A DNA stretch of 63,048 bases, filler included, from Lenisia limosa (taxonomy: Eukaryota > Protista > Breviatea): NCBI GenBank assembly GCA_001655205.1. It is 12 parts of 12 records of this genome, joined end to end, with 100 filler letters (N's around TTAATTAATTAA, not from the genome) between each part and the next. Parts side by side here need not be neighbours in the genome. Positions count along the whole stretch, not along the records: positions 22,686 to 26,301 come from LPNZ01003828.1; positions 26,402 to 31,702 come from LPNZ01005259.1; positions 31,803 to 34,711 come from LPNZ01004613.1; positions 34,812 to 37,602 come from LPNZ01008526.1; 8 more parts are not named here. The stretch is one strand, 5' to 3'. How positions within the stretch are numbered: the stretch's first letter is position 1; each line of letters begins with the position of its first letter. Positions 22,890 through 35,170 of the stretch are shown piece after piece. The notes below the pieces were generated by a model. It worked only from the letters and a program-made list of their open reading frames with translations, searched no databases and was not told the origin of the DNA. A program made the translations under genes and the position numbers.

Positions 22890-25800
22890 TCGCGGTTTGT
22901 GCTGGAGATACAAGAACAATACAAAAGAAGCATACGTTTTGATGGGGAAAGCAGAGGGGGGTGGCTTGAAGGGGAAATCAGCGGGGGCTTTGAGGCTCCT
23001 GTTCCTATGTTGGTGAATAATATATCATAAGATACGTAGTTTTATATGATATATAATACTATTTATTATATCGGAGATGAAAAAAACAAGACTGTTTTTG
23101 AGCAATTAAGTCTTCGCAAATATTCTTCAGCAATAATTCTTTCGTTTGCCCCCCCCCCCCCNNNNNNNNNNNNNNNNNNNNNNNNNNNNNNNNNNNNNNN
23201 NNNNNNNNNNNNNNNNNNNNNNNNNNNNNNNNNNNNNNNNNNNNNNNNNNNNNNNNNNNNNNNNNNNNNNNNNNNNNNNNNNNNNNNNNNNNNNNNNNNN
23301 NNNNNNNNNNNNNNNNNNNNNNNNNNNNNNNNNNNNNNNNNNNNNNNNNNNNNNNNNNNNNNNNNNNNNNNNNNNNNNNNNNNNNNNNNNNNNNNNNNNN
23401 NNNNNNNNNNNNNNNNNNNNNNNNNNNNNNNNNNNNNNNNNNNNNNNNNNNNNNNNNNNNNNNNNNNNNNNNNNNNNNNNNNNNNNNNNNTAAGTGTCGG
23501 GATTATAAAAGAAAAAGGACACCACGGCGCTACTCTTACCTGGTGTATAAGGGGGTCTGGGAATGTCTTTGGCTTGAGTGTGAAGGGGTGCTGAGCTTTC
23601 TTTCCTACGAAGGTGGGAATGGGGGTGGGGGGTTAGAGCGAATCATACGGGAGTAGGATTGATTGGGTATATGGGGGTACAACTTGGGCTTCACTTGATT
23701 CAAAAAAAGTCAGAATTTCTCAGTAATTCCTCGATGAAACTCGCTATTTTACCGGTATTTTTCGAACAGTGAACCCTATATACAACACCATTAAGACTTC
23801 AGTTCGGTTCGTAAAAGAACGGTAAATATTGATAGTTATCAAGGATTTATCGAGAAATTCAGTCTTTTTTCGAACCAAAGTGAAGCCCAAGGTTGTGGGA
23901 GTGGGGTATGGAGAACTTATTTCATCTGATAAATCACCCTCTCCCTCCGTAATTCCATATGCTGTCAAAATCTTCAGACGCCTCCCCTAATAAACTGCAA
24001 GCACCACCAGGACCATCCACACCCTTGACAACCCCCCCCCCCCCNNNNNNNNNNNNNNNNNNNNNNNNNNNNNNNNNNNNNNNNNNNNNNNNNNNNNNNN
24101 NNNNNNNNNNNNNNNNNNNNNNNNNNNNNNNNNNNNNNNNNNACAAATCCCCAAACTATGATATATATTTCCGGTTTTTTCCGAACCGAAGTGAAGCCTT
24201 GTAGCCCCCACCTTGATTGGCGTTCTGGCTGGAGTGGCCACGATTCTCGAGGAATGTGGTAGAGACTTCTTCTCACGGACCGGGGAGACTCTGGTCGAGG
24301 TGAGAAATCACACAAGGTTGTATCTGGCCGAAGCTGTCCATATCATCACGCTTTTGAAAGACAATTATACTTATCATACAAAACCATCATACAGTATGAT
24401 TCTACATCATATGATATCCTATAAAATGGTATATTGGATTAGATTTGTCTTACAACTCTACGCAAAGCCTTTGCCCCGGCCCTACGCAGAAGCCAGCTGC
24501 GACAAGGTCGATTCGAAGGTTGTCATTTGGTCCTCAATAAGGCCCTTTTTGCGGTCTACACGATCCACTAAAATGGTCATGAAATAAACAAGCCTCAAAT
24601 CATAAAATGGGCAATCGCAGAAAATAAATGTCCAAAATCAGAGAACGAAGAAAATTCGATACCCCCACATTGATCTTGGATTTTGGACAGTGCACGTTTA
24701 TCTTGAATAAAACATGGTCCCCCCCCCCCCNNNNNNNNNNNNNNNNNNNNNNNNNNNNNNNNNNNNNNNNNNNNNNNNNNNNNNNNNNNNNNNNNNNNNN
24801 NNNNNNNNAACCTCGGCTTCTTTTCTGCTTGTGTCAATTCAAAGGTGATGGGACTCTTTTGTTTGAGAAATAAGTCTTGACCGATTTTCTTATGCAAATC
24901 AATCGAGACTTATTTCGGACAATGTATACATTAAACAAGATGGTATAATAATGGAGTACATGCAAACAAAGACTAAATTGCGAAATTACTGGCTCTATAT
25001 TTAAACTTATTGCACCCACCCATTGCTACAAATGCCTCTCTCACTTTTGTCTCATAAGTTCCTCAATGCCGCCCTCAATTTCAGCAAGCCTTGCTTCAGC
25101 AATTGTCTGGAACAATAAGAATCCATTTGAAATTGTTAATCAAAAGAGATCCATACCACGTGGTAAACTATCAAAATACAGTGACGGGGATAAGCCTTGA
25201 CCGACTTTCCTTGGGAAATAACATAGTAAATCGGTAAAAACTGGGAAGACACGCAGATTGTTGTGTGTACAGAGTTGTCAGGCAAATGTGCCCCTTTTCC
25301 CAACCCCACCCCTTATTACTTCCACTTTCTCCTCTCCATAATCACATCTCCCACTTTTTCGGCCGTGGCATTATCGCGTTCGGTTTCGAACATTTCTCGG
25401 TCAACTTCCAAGCCTGCTAGAAGGGCCTCAAGACGAGTCATAGCAGGCATGCATCTGGAGGGGGAGGGGGGGTAAAATTTGAAAATTTATAAAACAAAAA
25501 AGCCCAAAATCAACTCTGTTGGCTGACAACACACGAGGGTTGATAACAACAAAGCCAAGGCCGGTCGCACCGCATCCCATCACTCGGGGGGAGGGGGTGA
25601 AAAATGTGGAAATTGTTGAAATAAAAAAGCCCGTGTCATTAAGGAACCTGGGGGAGTCAATATACCTTTGCCCCCCCAACTTGGCGGCAAAAACGCTCTC
25701 TCCTCCATGGAAAGAATGTGAGGGTCTGTAACATGAGAAAACTGGGAAAAATTTTTTGCAGTAAAGTGTCTATTGAAACTAGGATTGTAGAGATCCGGTG

Positions 25801-26296
25801 GTTGACTGTACACAGGGAAAACAAACCAAATAAGAATTTTCAAATTTTGACGAAACTCATATTGATCTGTGTCCCCCTACTTTGAAAATGCCTGATGATG
25901 GGATTCTTCAAATGTCTGAGGGGTAAATATCATTGAATTCCCAATAATCAATAATAAACACAGTTCTCTACATCATTGTAAGACCTGCCCTGATCATGCT
26001 GAAAAAATCGGTCAAGACTTATCACTTTCAGTGTACATATGCTATCCTATCAGTCTCAATTTACACGAAAAACGTCTACTACAGAAAACAAAGTAGCTGT
26101 CGGGTCTACAATATCCTAGTTTCAATAGAGCCGGCGGTTGACTGTACACAAAGAAAAACAACCACAGAAAACGACATTCCAGCCTTCCCACATCTGTTGG
26201 AATTTGTCTTCGCGGCGCAGGGGATTGTTCAAGAGATGTCAGCCCATATTCTCTACTTCGACGCATCTTGGGGGTCCTGGAAGGTATTAGGAACAT
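22890..26296 (-). CDS. Multi-exon hypothetical protein with coiled-coil-like and Pro/Ser-rich segments
   Basis: GT-AG-bounded exons ..AMTRLEALLAGLEVDREMFETERDNATAEKVGDVIMERRKWK, TIAEARLAEIEGGIEELMRQK, VDRVDRKKGLIEDQMTTFESTLSQLASA, RVSPVREKKSLPHSSRIVATPARTPIK and GKKAQHPFTLKPKTFPDPLIHQ. Confidence 0.55.
25455..25600 (-). mobile_element. Repeat family A (~140 bp; representative copy), ending at a 3' splice site
   Basis: Gene-sense consensus ..GGAGTGATGGGATGCGGTG..CTGGCCTGGGCTTTGTTTTGTTGTTATCAACCCTCGTGTGTTGTCAGCCAACAGAGTTGATTTTGGGCTTTTTTTGTTTCATAAATTTTCCAATTTTAC(C)nAG. More than 20 full or partial copies, e.g. 1145-1282, 3161-3275, 4664-4727, 5488-5586, 7250-7320, 11298-11382, 11745-11820, 15700-15782, 20706-20785, 21723-21820, 29179-29304, 35269-35320, 36059-36155, 37181-37260, 55248-55336. 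Confidence 0.85.
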
Positions 26297-26899
26297 ATAC
26301 ANNNNNNNNNNNNNNNNNNNNNNNNNNNNNNNNNNNNNNNNNNNNTTAATTAATTAANNNNNNNNNNNNNNNNNNNNNNNNNNNNNNNNNNNNNNNNNNN
26401 NAACACACGAGGGGGGTGATTGAACGACGGAACATAAGAATTATGGGAGAATACTTTTGTGGCACATTACATTTTACACGACACAAAAAATAGTGCTTAA
26501 AAAGGAAACAGAGATATGATATAAAATATGTATTGGTCACTTAACACAACCGCGAACACTCAGAGAACCGCGAACGCTCTTTGAATTTTTTTTTTTGGTG
26601 GTTTTCAACATATAATAACCCAAAACACGATTATGAAGGGCTTCAACTTTTTTCTTTAAATATATATAATTTTCTCTGAAATCAGTTCCTCCCCTTTTCG
26701 TCAGTTTTATTTTTGAAAGAAGACCCTTTCCAGACGCCAAGTTCAAAAAAGAAAGTAAGCTGGGTTATTGAAAATGATTCTATATAATGCTTGAGTGTTG
26801 TATTTTCTGGCATTTCATGATTTGGATTGACTGCTCGTCTCCTAAGAGCCTTTAAATACCGTCAATAACAACAACTGGTTGATGGTCGATATGATTATG

Positions 26900-29800
26900 G
26901 TGTATTTTCCTTGAAGGTGGAATGGTCATGCGCCGGGTTATGAATTCTGAGGGACACTGGTAAAGAACAATAACGGGACCAAGAAAAACCGCGATGGTAC
27001 CCGCATCTCCAAGGGAAAAGATGATCTTTGGATTGATGTGTTTTTACTGTGCCTCATCTCTGAGATTTGCATAGCCAGGATACTGTCCATGCGGTTGCAT
27101 CCGACATATAGTTGTTTTGTTAAGATATACTTGTTTCTCTTCATAGCAATATTGCACCTAGCTTTAAGCACAATGGAAAACAGTGTTAAATGAACCGTAA
27201 GAAAAACAAACAGGGGTGAGGGTATCATACTGTGCGATAAAAAAGAGCACTATTGAGATACAACGTATAGATGTGAACTACAGTAAGGCTATCAGATTGC
27301 AGCATATCATCATATCTTCTTGATTCTCTAAATACCTCAATATCGAAGCTTCCGTTATCTGATTGATAGTAGAACATATTAGACCAAAGCTGCAGCGTGG
27401 TGGTTTGGTTGAGGCCTGAGGTGAGCTGGCATTCCAACTGCATCGTCACACATGAAGACATAAGAAATAAGACGAGGTGGTATCCAGAAGCCGTAAATTC
27501 ACAGTATCATTATATAATACATGTCTTAGTTACGATTTAAACAGGTAGCAGAGTAAAAACAGTAACACATGTTTGTAAATTATTATCAAGATTATTCCTA
27601 CTGGCTCTGATAACTTCCATGATGAATACCCATGCTATGTCAAAATGACCATCAGGAAATTAAGAGCAGAGGAGCACAGGTCATAAAAACCATGAGTAAT
27701 TAAGCTACCTCCCCTCCCCTCAGGGGAGGGTGGAGGGGAGGACCGATTTTATCTTACCAAAACGGTTTCATTGGCGAAAGTGACCACAGCTTTGGTCTGT
27801 AGTGTTATATAAAAAGAAGAACAGGAGGAGGGGGTGGTGGTATAGTATACATGGGTTTATTTTCCAATCAAGAAGATCTTCAAGTCTTAGGCAAAAGTCC
27901 CACTTTTAAAGGAACATTTTCAGTGCCGTAAACACAGAGAATCGGTTCAACCATCTCAAAGCCTGCCTTGTCGTATCTAAACTGTTAGACCTGCATTAAT
28001 AATGTCGACATTAAAGAATAAGAGTAACATCATTTAACAATTTGGCAGCACATTTTTCCAACCTTATGATGTAGCAATTTCAGTAGTTTTTAAGCAATGA
28101 AGAGGGGTTGTTTGCTGTTATAAACAATGTGTTTTACTGTTACAAATAGCCCCCCCCCCCCNNNNNNNNNNNNNNNNNNNNNNNNNNNNNNNNNNNNNNN
28201 NNNNNNNNNNNNCGGTTGTAGGCGAATTGAGTGGCACCACAACGGGTTCAGCATGTTTGACCGGGTTAGCCACTTTCTCCAGGTCATGAACTGAAGAGTC
28301 AAAAGAAATAAAACTCTATTAGCCACACCTTTACAAAATACAACATTCATCAGAAGCAACATTTTGATTTTGCTATTAAACGAAATTTTGATACATATTA
28401 TGTGATGTGTTATTTTATGGTAAGCTATTGGCTTGGTTTTGCTTTTGTCACCTCCCCCCACAGTTTACAACCTCAAGAAGACTTGCGCAGATAGCAGATT
28501 GGACTGATACGGCCCCAGGAACCCGGGTGTTCAGTCTGACAATGTGACGGACAATTTATTGAAAACAGTATCGGAAACCCAGGTTCAACGAATATTAATT
28601 ATTTTGCCTGCTAGATATTGATGATGCATTTAAGTTCAAGTGAGTTCAAACAAGGGAGCATTGAAAAATCGAATACAATATCAAGCTGGTAGTATCAATT
28701 AACCAACTAAATCAAGGGAGGAACCGAAAAAATAAAAAATAAATAAATATCTGATATACATGTACATATCAATGATATATAATATATTAAGAATTCATAT
28801 GAATGAGACTAGTTTCGGATCAAACACAGCCCAATCCAACACTCCCTCCCCCCCTCTTCAGTACCCCCTGATCTCTATAATCCAAGTGATACTTTACTGC
28901 ACAACATCGACGGAAGCTCTTAACCCCCCTTTGTTTTTACTATTTTCTCCAGGTGCTGTATCTACTGGTTTGTTCATACGGGGAACGCCAAAACAGTTTT
29001 ACTAATACACTTTTGTCCTTTCGAAGTCCAAGGAAGAAACACCAAATCAAATGCATCACCCCCCCCCCCTCAAACCGATACCATCCAGNNNNNNNNNNNN
29101 NNNNNNNNNNNNNNNNNNNNNNNNNNNNNNNNNNNNNNNNNNNNNNNNNNNNNNNNNNNNNNNNNNNNNNNNNNNNNNAAAAAAAAGCCCAAAATAAACT
29201 CTGTTGGCTGACAACACACGAGTCGGAAACAACAAAACAAACAACACAAACAAAACTCAGGCCAGTCATTTTTGCAGCACCGCATCCCATCACTCCAGGG
29301 GAGGGGTATATTGAAGGTTGGTACATAAAAGCCCAATTACAAACACACTACATATCAATCTCAACTTTTGGATTTAGAAAGGTTTAAAAATGGGAAGACA
29401 AACGTCACATATATCAAATAAGGGGCAAGTAGAGAATAACAATCTCAAAAAATAAAAATATAAAAAAGGGGGGATATAATATGAACTACAATCCAAACAC
29501 AAGGAATACACGATACGATATGGCTTACAATCAAGAATTGAAGGCGTCTTTCCATCATATGCGGAGAACGAGATAGGCACACCGCACTTATCGTCGCATT
29601 GAAAGAACCAGTCCACCTCTTTGTAGTTGGTGCCAAAGGAGCTCATAACCAGTGCTGCTAGGGGTTAGTGTTGGAATGAGCGCTGTTGTGTGTGTGTGGG
29701 GGGGTTGTTCAAGGCCAAATACGCGATCAACGCATTCTATCGTAGAATATCGGCTTCAAACAGAAAGCATCATCCCCATCATCAATTCTAACGTTGAATA

Positions 29801-31371
29801 TATACATGTATAATTAACATGTATACTATTTGATACGTATTTGATATGCATATGTGAAATATATAGTAATACATAATATATAGATAAATATGATAAGTAT
29901 GAAATGTATGTATGTCTATCTTTTATTACCCGAAGACATACGCTGGAAGCCACTTTCAGGGGTCTCGCCTTCCTCCTCTCTTCTAACTCCGAGATCTTCA
30001 AGTAATTTGAAGTCCTCTATATAGTGTGAGTAGTTCAAAAAGAATCCTTTCTATATATATGATATACATGTACATATATTCCTTTATTTTCAATATGTGT
30101 GCTTTATAACAGAAAATGAGACGAGAATAAGGCAAAGACTGTGTGATTGAAGAGAAGCTGGGATTAGTATTCATCTATCTGTTTTAGTTTGAGTGAAAGA
30201 TCGCGATTCTATTGGAGCAAGTCCGCTCACGAGTTAACTAACTATGTTGGTTTCCTAATTCAATACACCAACTTGAGTTCACCCCCCCCCCCAGACTTGT
30301 TAGCAAATACTTTACGTTCCAATNNNNNNNNNNNNNNNNNNNNNNNNNNNNNNNNNNNNNNNNNNNNNNNNNNNNNAACTCTGGACCGGTGTGTCTGGTG
30401 AACATTATGTTTGTCTCTTCTAAATGGCGTAAGTGATGCGGAAAATAAATTGTTAAAGTTGAATTGAAAAAAACCACACATGTTTTAGAATATAATTGAG
30501 ATATGGTTACTGGCTGAAGACGTCCACACTATCAAACATATAAGAGACAGAAAAATATTAAGTAAAGCTCCGGGCAATTAATATTAATAATACATATATA
30601 AATATCAAAATTTTAATATATTAATTTTTTCTTGAAGCAAAAAAAGTCATATTAATATAATATTAATACATACTAATACATAATCAAAGGAGCATTAAGA
30701 AAAAATACTGAAGAAACTACAGAAAACAGAAAAAAACAGAAAACGGAAGAATAAAAAAAATCAACGGGATGAAACATATTTTTTTTTAAAAAAAATTGTT
30801 CTTAAACAATCAACGAACAAAAAATAAAACAATAGTATATAATATTAATAGTTACGATGAACAAAATATTACATACTATATAATCATATGATATATTAAT
30901 ATTAATAATTAATATTAATATGAATTGCTTGGAGCTCTCATATTAAGTCACCGTTCTCAAGATCTTTAATGTACAGCTACATCATATTTCTTGTCCAAAA
31001 CAAATAAAAAAGAGACTTCGGGGAATTACGCAAGGTTATGAATAGTGCTTCCCAAAGGTCCGAAAAGACCGTGAAAATATCGATATTTGTTGAGGATTTA
31101 TCAACAAATTCTGTCTTTTGTTGGGACGTAGGGAGTACCTAGTTACATTCTTGCCTAATAAACAATAAAAGAACACTAGCAAACCATCAATGAAATACGG
31201 GCCCGCTTCAGGACTGTGGTTACATACAATGGACGTTGCATTAGGAAGGCCCCAAGACGTTGAAACGGAAGACGGCCCGTTTTCATCAATGTGTATAACT
31301 TCTTTGGCTGGGGTTTCCGGTGAGACGAGGGTGAATAGGGGGAGATAAGAATGGGTCAAATAGAATGACAA
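26900..31371 (-). CDS. Multi-exon hypothetical protein(s)
   Basis: Exon-like open segments: MSSFGTNYKEVDWFFQCDDKCGVPISFSAYDGKTPSILD, IVRHIVRLNTRVPGAVSVQSAICASLLE, FRYDKAGFEMVEPILCVYGTENVPLK, LQLWSNMFYYQSDNGSFDIEVFRES and VIHIDENGPSSVSTSWGLPNATSIVCNHSPEAGPYFIDG. A full model was not resolved. Confidence 0.4.
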
Positions 31372-31929
31372 TCTAACATAATACAGTATATTACCGGTTT
31401 GTTTGTCTACAAAAATCTTAATATCAGTAGGATCATTGCGGCTAGGCCTAATCCCCCCCCCCCCCCNNNNNNNNNNNNNNNNNNNNNNNNNNNNNNNNNN
31501 NNNNNNNNNNNNNNNNNNNNNNNNNNNNNNNNNNNNNNNNNNNNNNNNNNNNNNNNNNNNNNNNNNNNNNTCATAAGCGCAGATGTTTGAGAACCCCGTA
31601 GCTCTCGTAAAAGTGTCCGACTAGTTGGTTAGTTTTAGAGTGATGCTGATAAACAGAGCAAGGGAGAGGAGAGGTAAGGGGTATGCTGATAAACAGAGCA
31701 AGNNNNNNNNNNNNNNNNNNNNNNNNNNNNNNNNNNNNNNNNNNNNTTAATTAATTAANNNNNNNNNNNNNNNNNNNNNNNNNNNNNNNNNNNNNNNNNN
31801 NNGGGGTTAACCTCAAGTTTATCATCTTGAAAAATTGGGTGTGTTTCATCTTCCTTTTATTGCAAAATTGATCAGATAATATTTTCTGATAGATTATATG
31901 CATACTTTAATACTAAACTGTTCACTAGA

Positions 31930-33240
31930 CTTTAAATATTCTTATGAAACTGGAGACAGCGTTTCAATTCACAATTCAAGGGAGCCGTACTATCCAATCC
32001 GAGAAAGAGACTACTACAGGCCCCCCATGCACGATCAGAACCAATTTGAACGTTTGTGGCTGAATGGAATGGAAAGAAAAAGTTGTTGATTTGATCTGTA
32101 GGGGGAGGGGGGCAGGGGCATCTGATTCTCTTTTCCAAAACAGTGTGTTCAGAGTTATTCTGTCTTCTTAAATGAATTATCGTCGCGTCGGGAACTCTTC
32201 TCCTTATATCATTAGAAACCCTTAATTGAGGTTTTCTGTAAATATCGAAGTATTCTGATCCGCACATTTCTTATGAACTGAGATTGGAATACTGACGATC
32301 AAGGATCGAACTACGAGAAACCAATTCCGCCAACACGCTTCAAGCCGCCGACACAATTTCATGCTCCGCAGCAATATCATCCCTCGCAGTTTAGCCCCCC
32401 GTCTCCGAGACGTGAAATGGACATTATACCCGGGCCGGAAGATGGTGTCCTAGGTGCTAGCCCTGAAGACCCGGTATGCCCTAGTTTAACTGGCCGCCAA
32501 GCCAAAATGAACCTCGAAGTTTATGGCTTTTTCTTGGATTGACCATTTTGAAGCCCAAAAAATATATGATATTGTGTATCATATTATTATATCCATCCTC
32601 CTATAATAATAATAATCATGTTATGAGAACATTTTCAATTTTTTAAAAAGTTCTTTCCATCACTGCTTTTATAAAGGGTACTAATACTCTATGACATTGT
32701 TTTCAAGAGTATCTTTAACATTGTTTTGTTAAGCCTTTCGTTAACCTTACTTAAATATCGATAATATTTCCCCTGTCTATTTTTGCAGGGAAATTCCTCT
32801 CATATTACAGACCGGATCGCACACCCCACCCGTCATATCTCCAAGTTACGATGTAGGCTTTGGTTGAGGGAACAGTTTTTTTTTTGTTTTGTATGGGATT
32901 TTTTATGTTAGAATCCTAAAAAAAAAAGCATTGATTTCTAATCGTTAAATATAATATCGTGTAATTGGTAACTCTTTAACTCGTCAGAATTTCAATATTC
33001 TTTAAAAAAATGAAAGGGGTCACTGCTTTCCAAAAGCTTCTCTATTTCCTCAAAGATCCCTCAGTATCACTTGTCATAGCCTGACCCAATACCATTAAGT
33101 TCAGTAGGACCGTGGCGTTTTTTCGCAACGAGCGAAGTCGTATGGCAGGATGGCGTCTTATTAATCGCAAGTTTTTGGTCTCATTGTCCTGTAATGGACG
33201 TTCAGACATTTCACTTCTACTTTTGATATTATGTAAAAGG
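31930..33240 (+). CDS. Spliced Pro-rich hypothetical protein fragment
   Basis: Open exon DWNTDDQGSNYEKPIPPTRFKPPTQFHAPQQYHPSQFSPPSPRREMDIIPGPEDGVLGASPEDP followed by gtatg; next exon candidate GNSSHITDRIAHPTRHISKLR. Confidence 0.35.
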
Positions 33241-35170
33241 TTACAGAACGGTGTGAGGTGAGATGAGCCCTGTCATGACTGTAGTACTTTTCCAGAAATT
33301 CCACAAGGAAATGAGAAGGGCATCCCATCGTGCTAACTTGGGTTTTTTCTTTATGTATGATCCTATTGAGACTTAGTATATATATTCACCCAATAAAGGG
33401 GGGATAGAAATTACTTCACGACAGTACCATGACCATAAATAAGACAGGAAACAAAAACGATATATGGGGAGCTAGAAGGCGTCGAGGCCACATTGTTGTG
33501 CCAACTAAACGTGTAAACAAAGGCAGCTGAACCATTTTGTATCCTATATATTTGGATCATTTTCACCCATTTTCCACGCAGTGAAATGATACCTCATATC
33601 CACTCGATTGATAATTGACCGACAAGTCTCAATGATACTCTTATACACTCGGGATAAACCCTCATTTAGCCTTGAAAGTCGGTCGTATGATCATATCACT
33701 AGTGGATATACATTCCGAAGTTCTAAATACCTCCACTCCTCACTTCGTCCATCATAGCAAGGAAGTTTTGAGAATCGTAGCGCATAACAACAGATTCGGC
33801 TTTTTCATTGTTACTATCACTCAGCTGAAGGGTCAGAAGTATCCTGAAACAGATAATAAGCAAAGTGAGTTTTGTTTTCGAGAATAATAATGATTCTGCA
33901 ACCCCCCACCCTACTACTAAGACTGAAAAAGAGAAAAAAAAAAATATCAATCATGTAAAAGCAAGTCACCTCACCAAAATCATATAATATAATAACAGTC
34001 ACCCCCATATAATATAATAACAGTCACCAGTATAGTATATAAAAAATAAGACAAATTCTTATAAAGAGTATGTATTATAAACAAAAAGGGCTTGTCTAAA
34101 AATGGGTTGGCTCTTTAGAAAAACGTCTGTAGCTGCTAAGTTAACCTTTTATTTTTAAATTTTGTTCATAAAAAGACCACTTTTATCTCTATTTAGTTTT
34201 AAACTACAGACACTGCCACCCCCTTTAGATGAGCCCAAACTCCCCCTTACGAAGTCAAACCACGCGACACACTCCTGGTGGTATCTTTCTGAGATGGCGT
34301 TCCAAGACTGAGCACATGAGATCCAGAAGCAGCAGCCCTCCACCTCGGATTCGAAGAAGCCTTGGGCTGCCGTGTTAGCCGCAATTTAACGATAAGGATT
34401 ATTGGGGGGGGGGGGGTTNNNNNNNNNNNNNNNNNNNNNNNNNNNNNNNNNNNNNNNNNNNNNNNNNNNNNNNNNNNNNNNNNNNNNNNNNNNNNNNNNN
34501 NAAGTATCAAACAGTTACGAACAAGATAATGGAGGAGGTGGGTAGAAAATTTATGAAATAAAAAAGTCCAAATCAACTCTGCACCAACCAAATAACCGAA
34601 ACACCATTAAAATCCATAATAGCAAACCGTGGTCACAGTCTACCCAATCCAAGTACTTGTAAATGTATGAATGAATAAATGTGGATATCACTTTGTTGCT
34701 TTTTGCTCCCCNNNNNNNNNNNNNNNNNNNNNNNNNNNNNNNNNNNNNNNNNNNNTTAATTAATTAANNNNNNNNNNNNNNNNNNNNNNNNNNNNNNNNN
34801 NNNNNNNNNNNGTAAAACAAAGGAAATTTTGATAGTAACGTGTCTGGGGGGTGGGGGATAAGGCTATGCCTAAGGCCCTTATTCTCCAGTGTTTCATAAA
34901 ATTGCCATTTTCAGCAATCGCTCCCACCAGTAAAAACCGAGCGAGTGACCTGGAGACGTGGGGTCGGCATAATTTCAACCTCAGTGATATAGTCCTCCTT
35001 TTGCAGATCCTAAAAATGGTCAAAATATTGAAGTTATCTACTAAAAGATTGGTGTTTTAAATTATACGACCAGATCCATCTTTCTTGTATTTCTCATTGC
35101 TATAATGTTGTATATGATATATATAATGTATATAAACCCTTGTACAAAAGAGAAATTCTTTCATTCCAAC

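Noticed and set aside
22940-23005. Ubiquitin-conjugating E2 motif (PADFPFKPP)
   Set aside because: No following F.T.IYHPN or catalytic Cys segment; it fits the Pro-rich tail of the scaffold's hypothetical gene.
33723-33860. Possible COMM domain (ILLTLQLSDSNNEKAESVVMRYDSQNF)
   Set aside because: Only a weak resemblance, and the upstream W-R-V motif exon could not be found.
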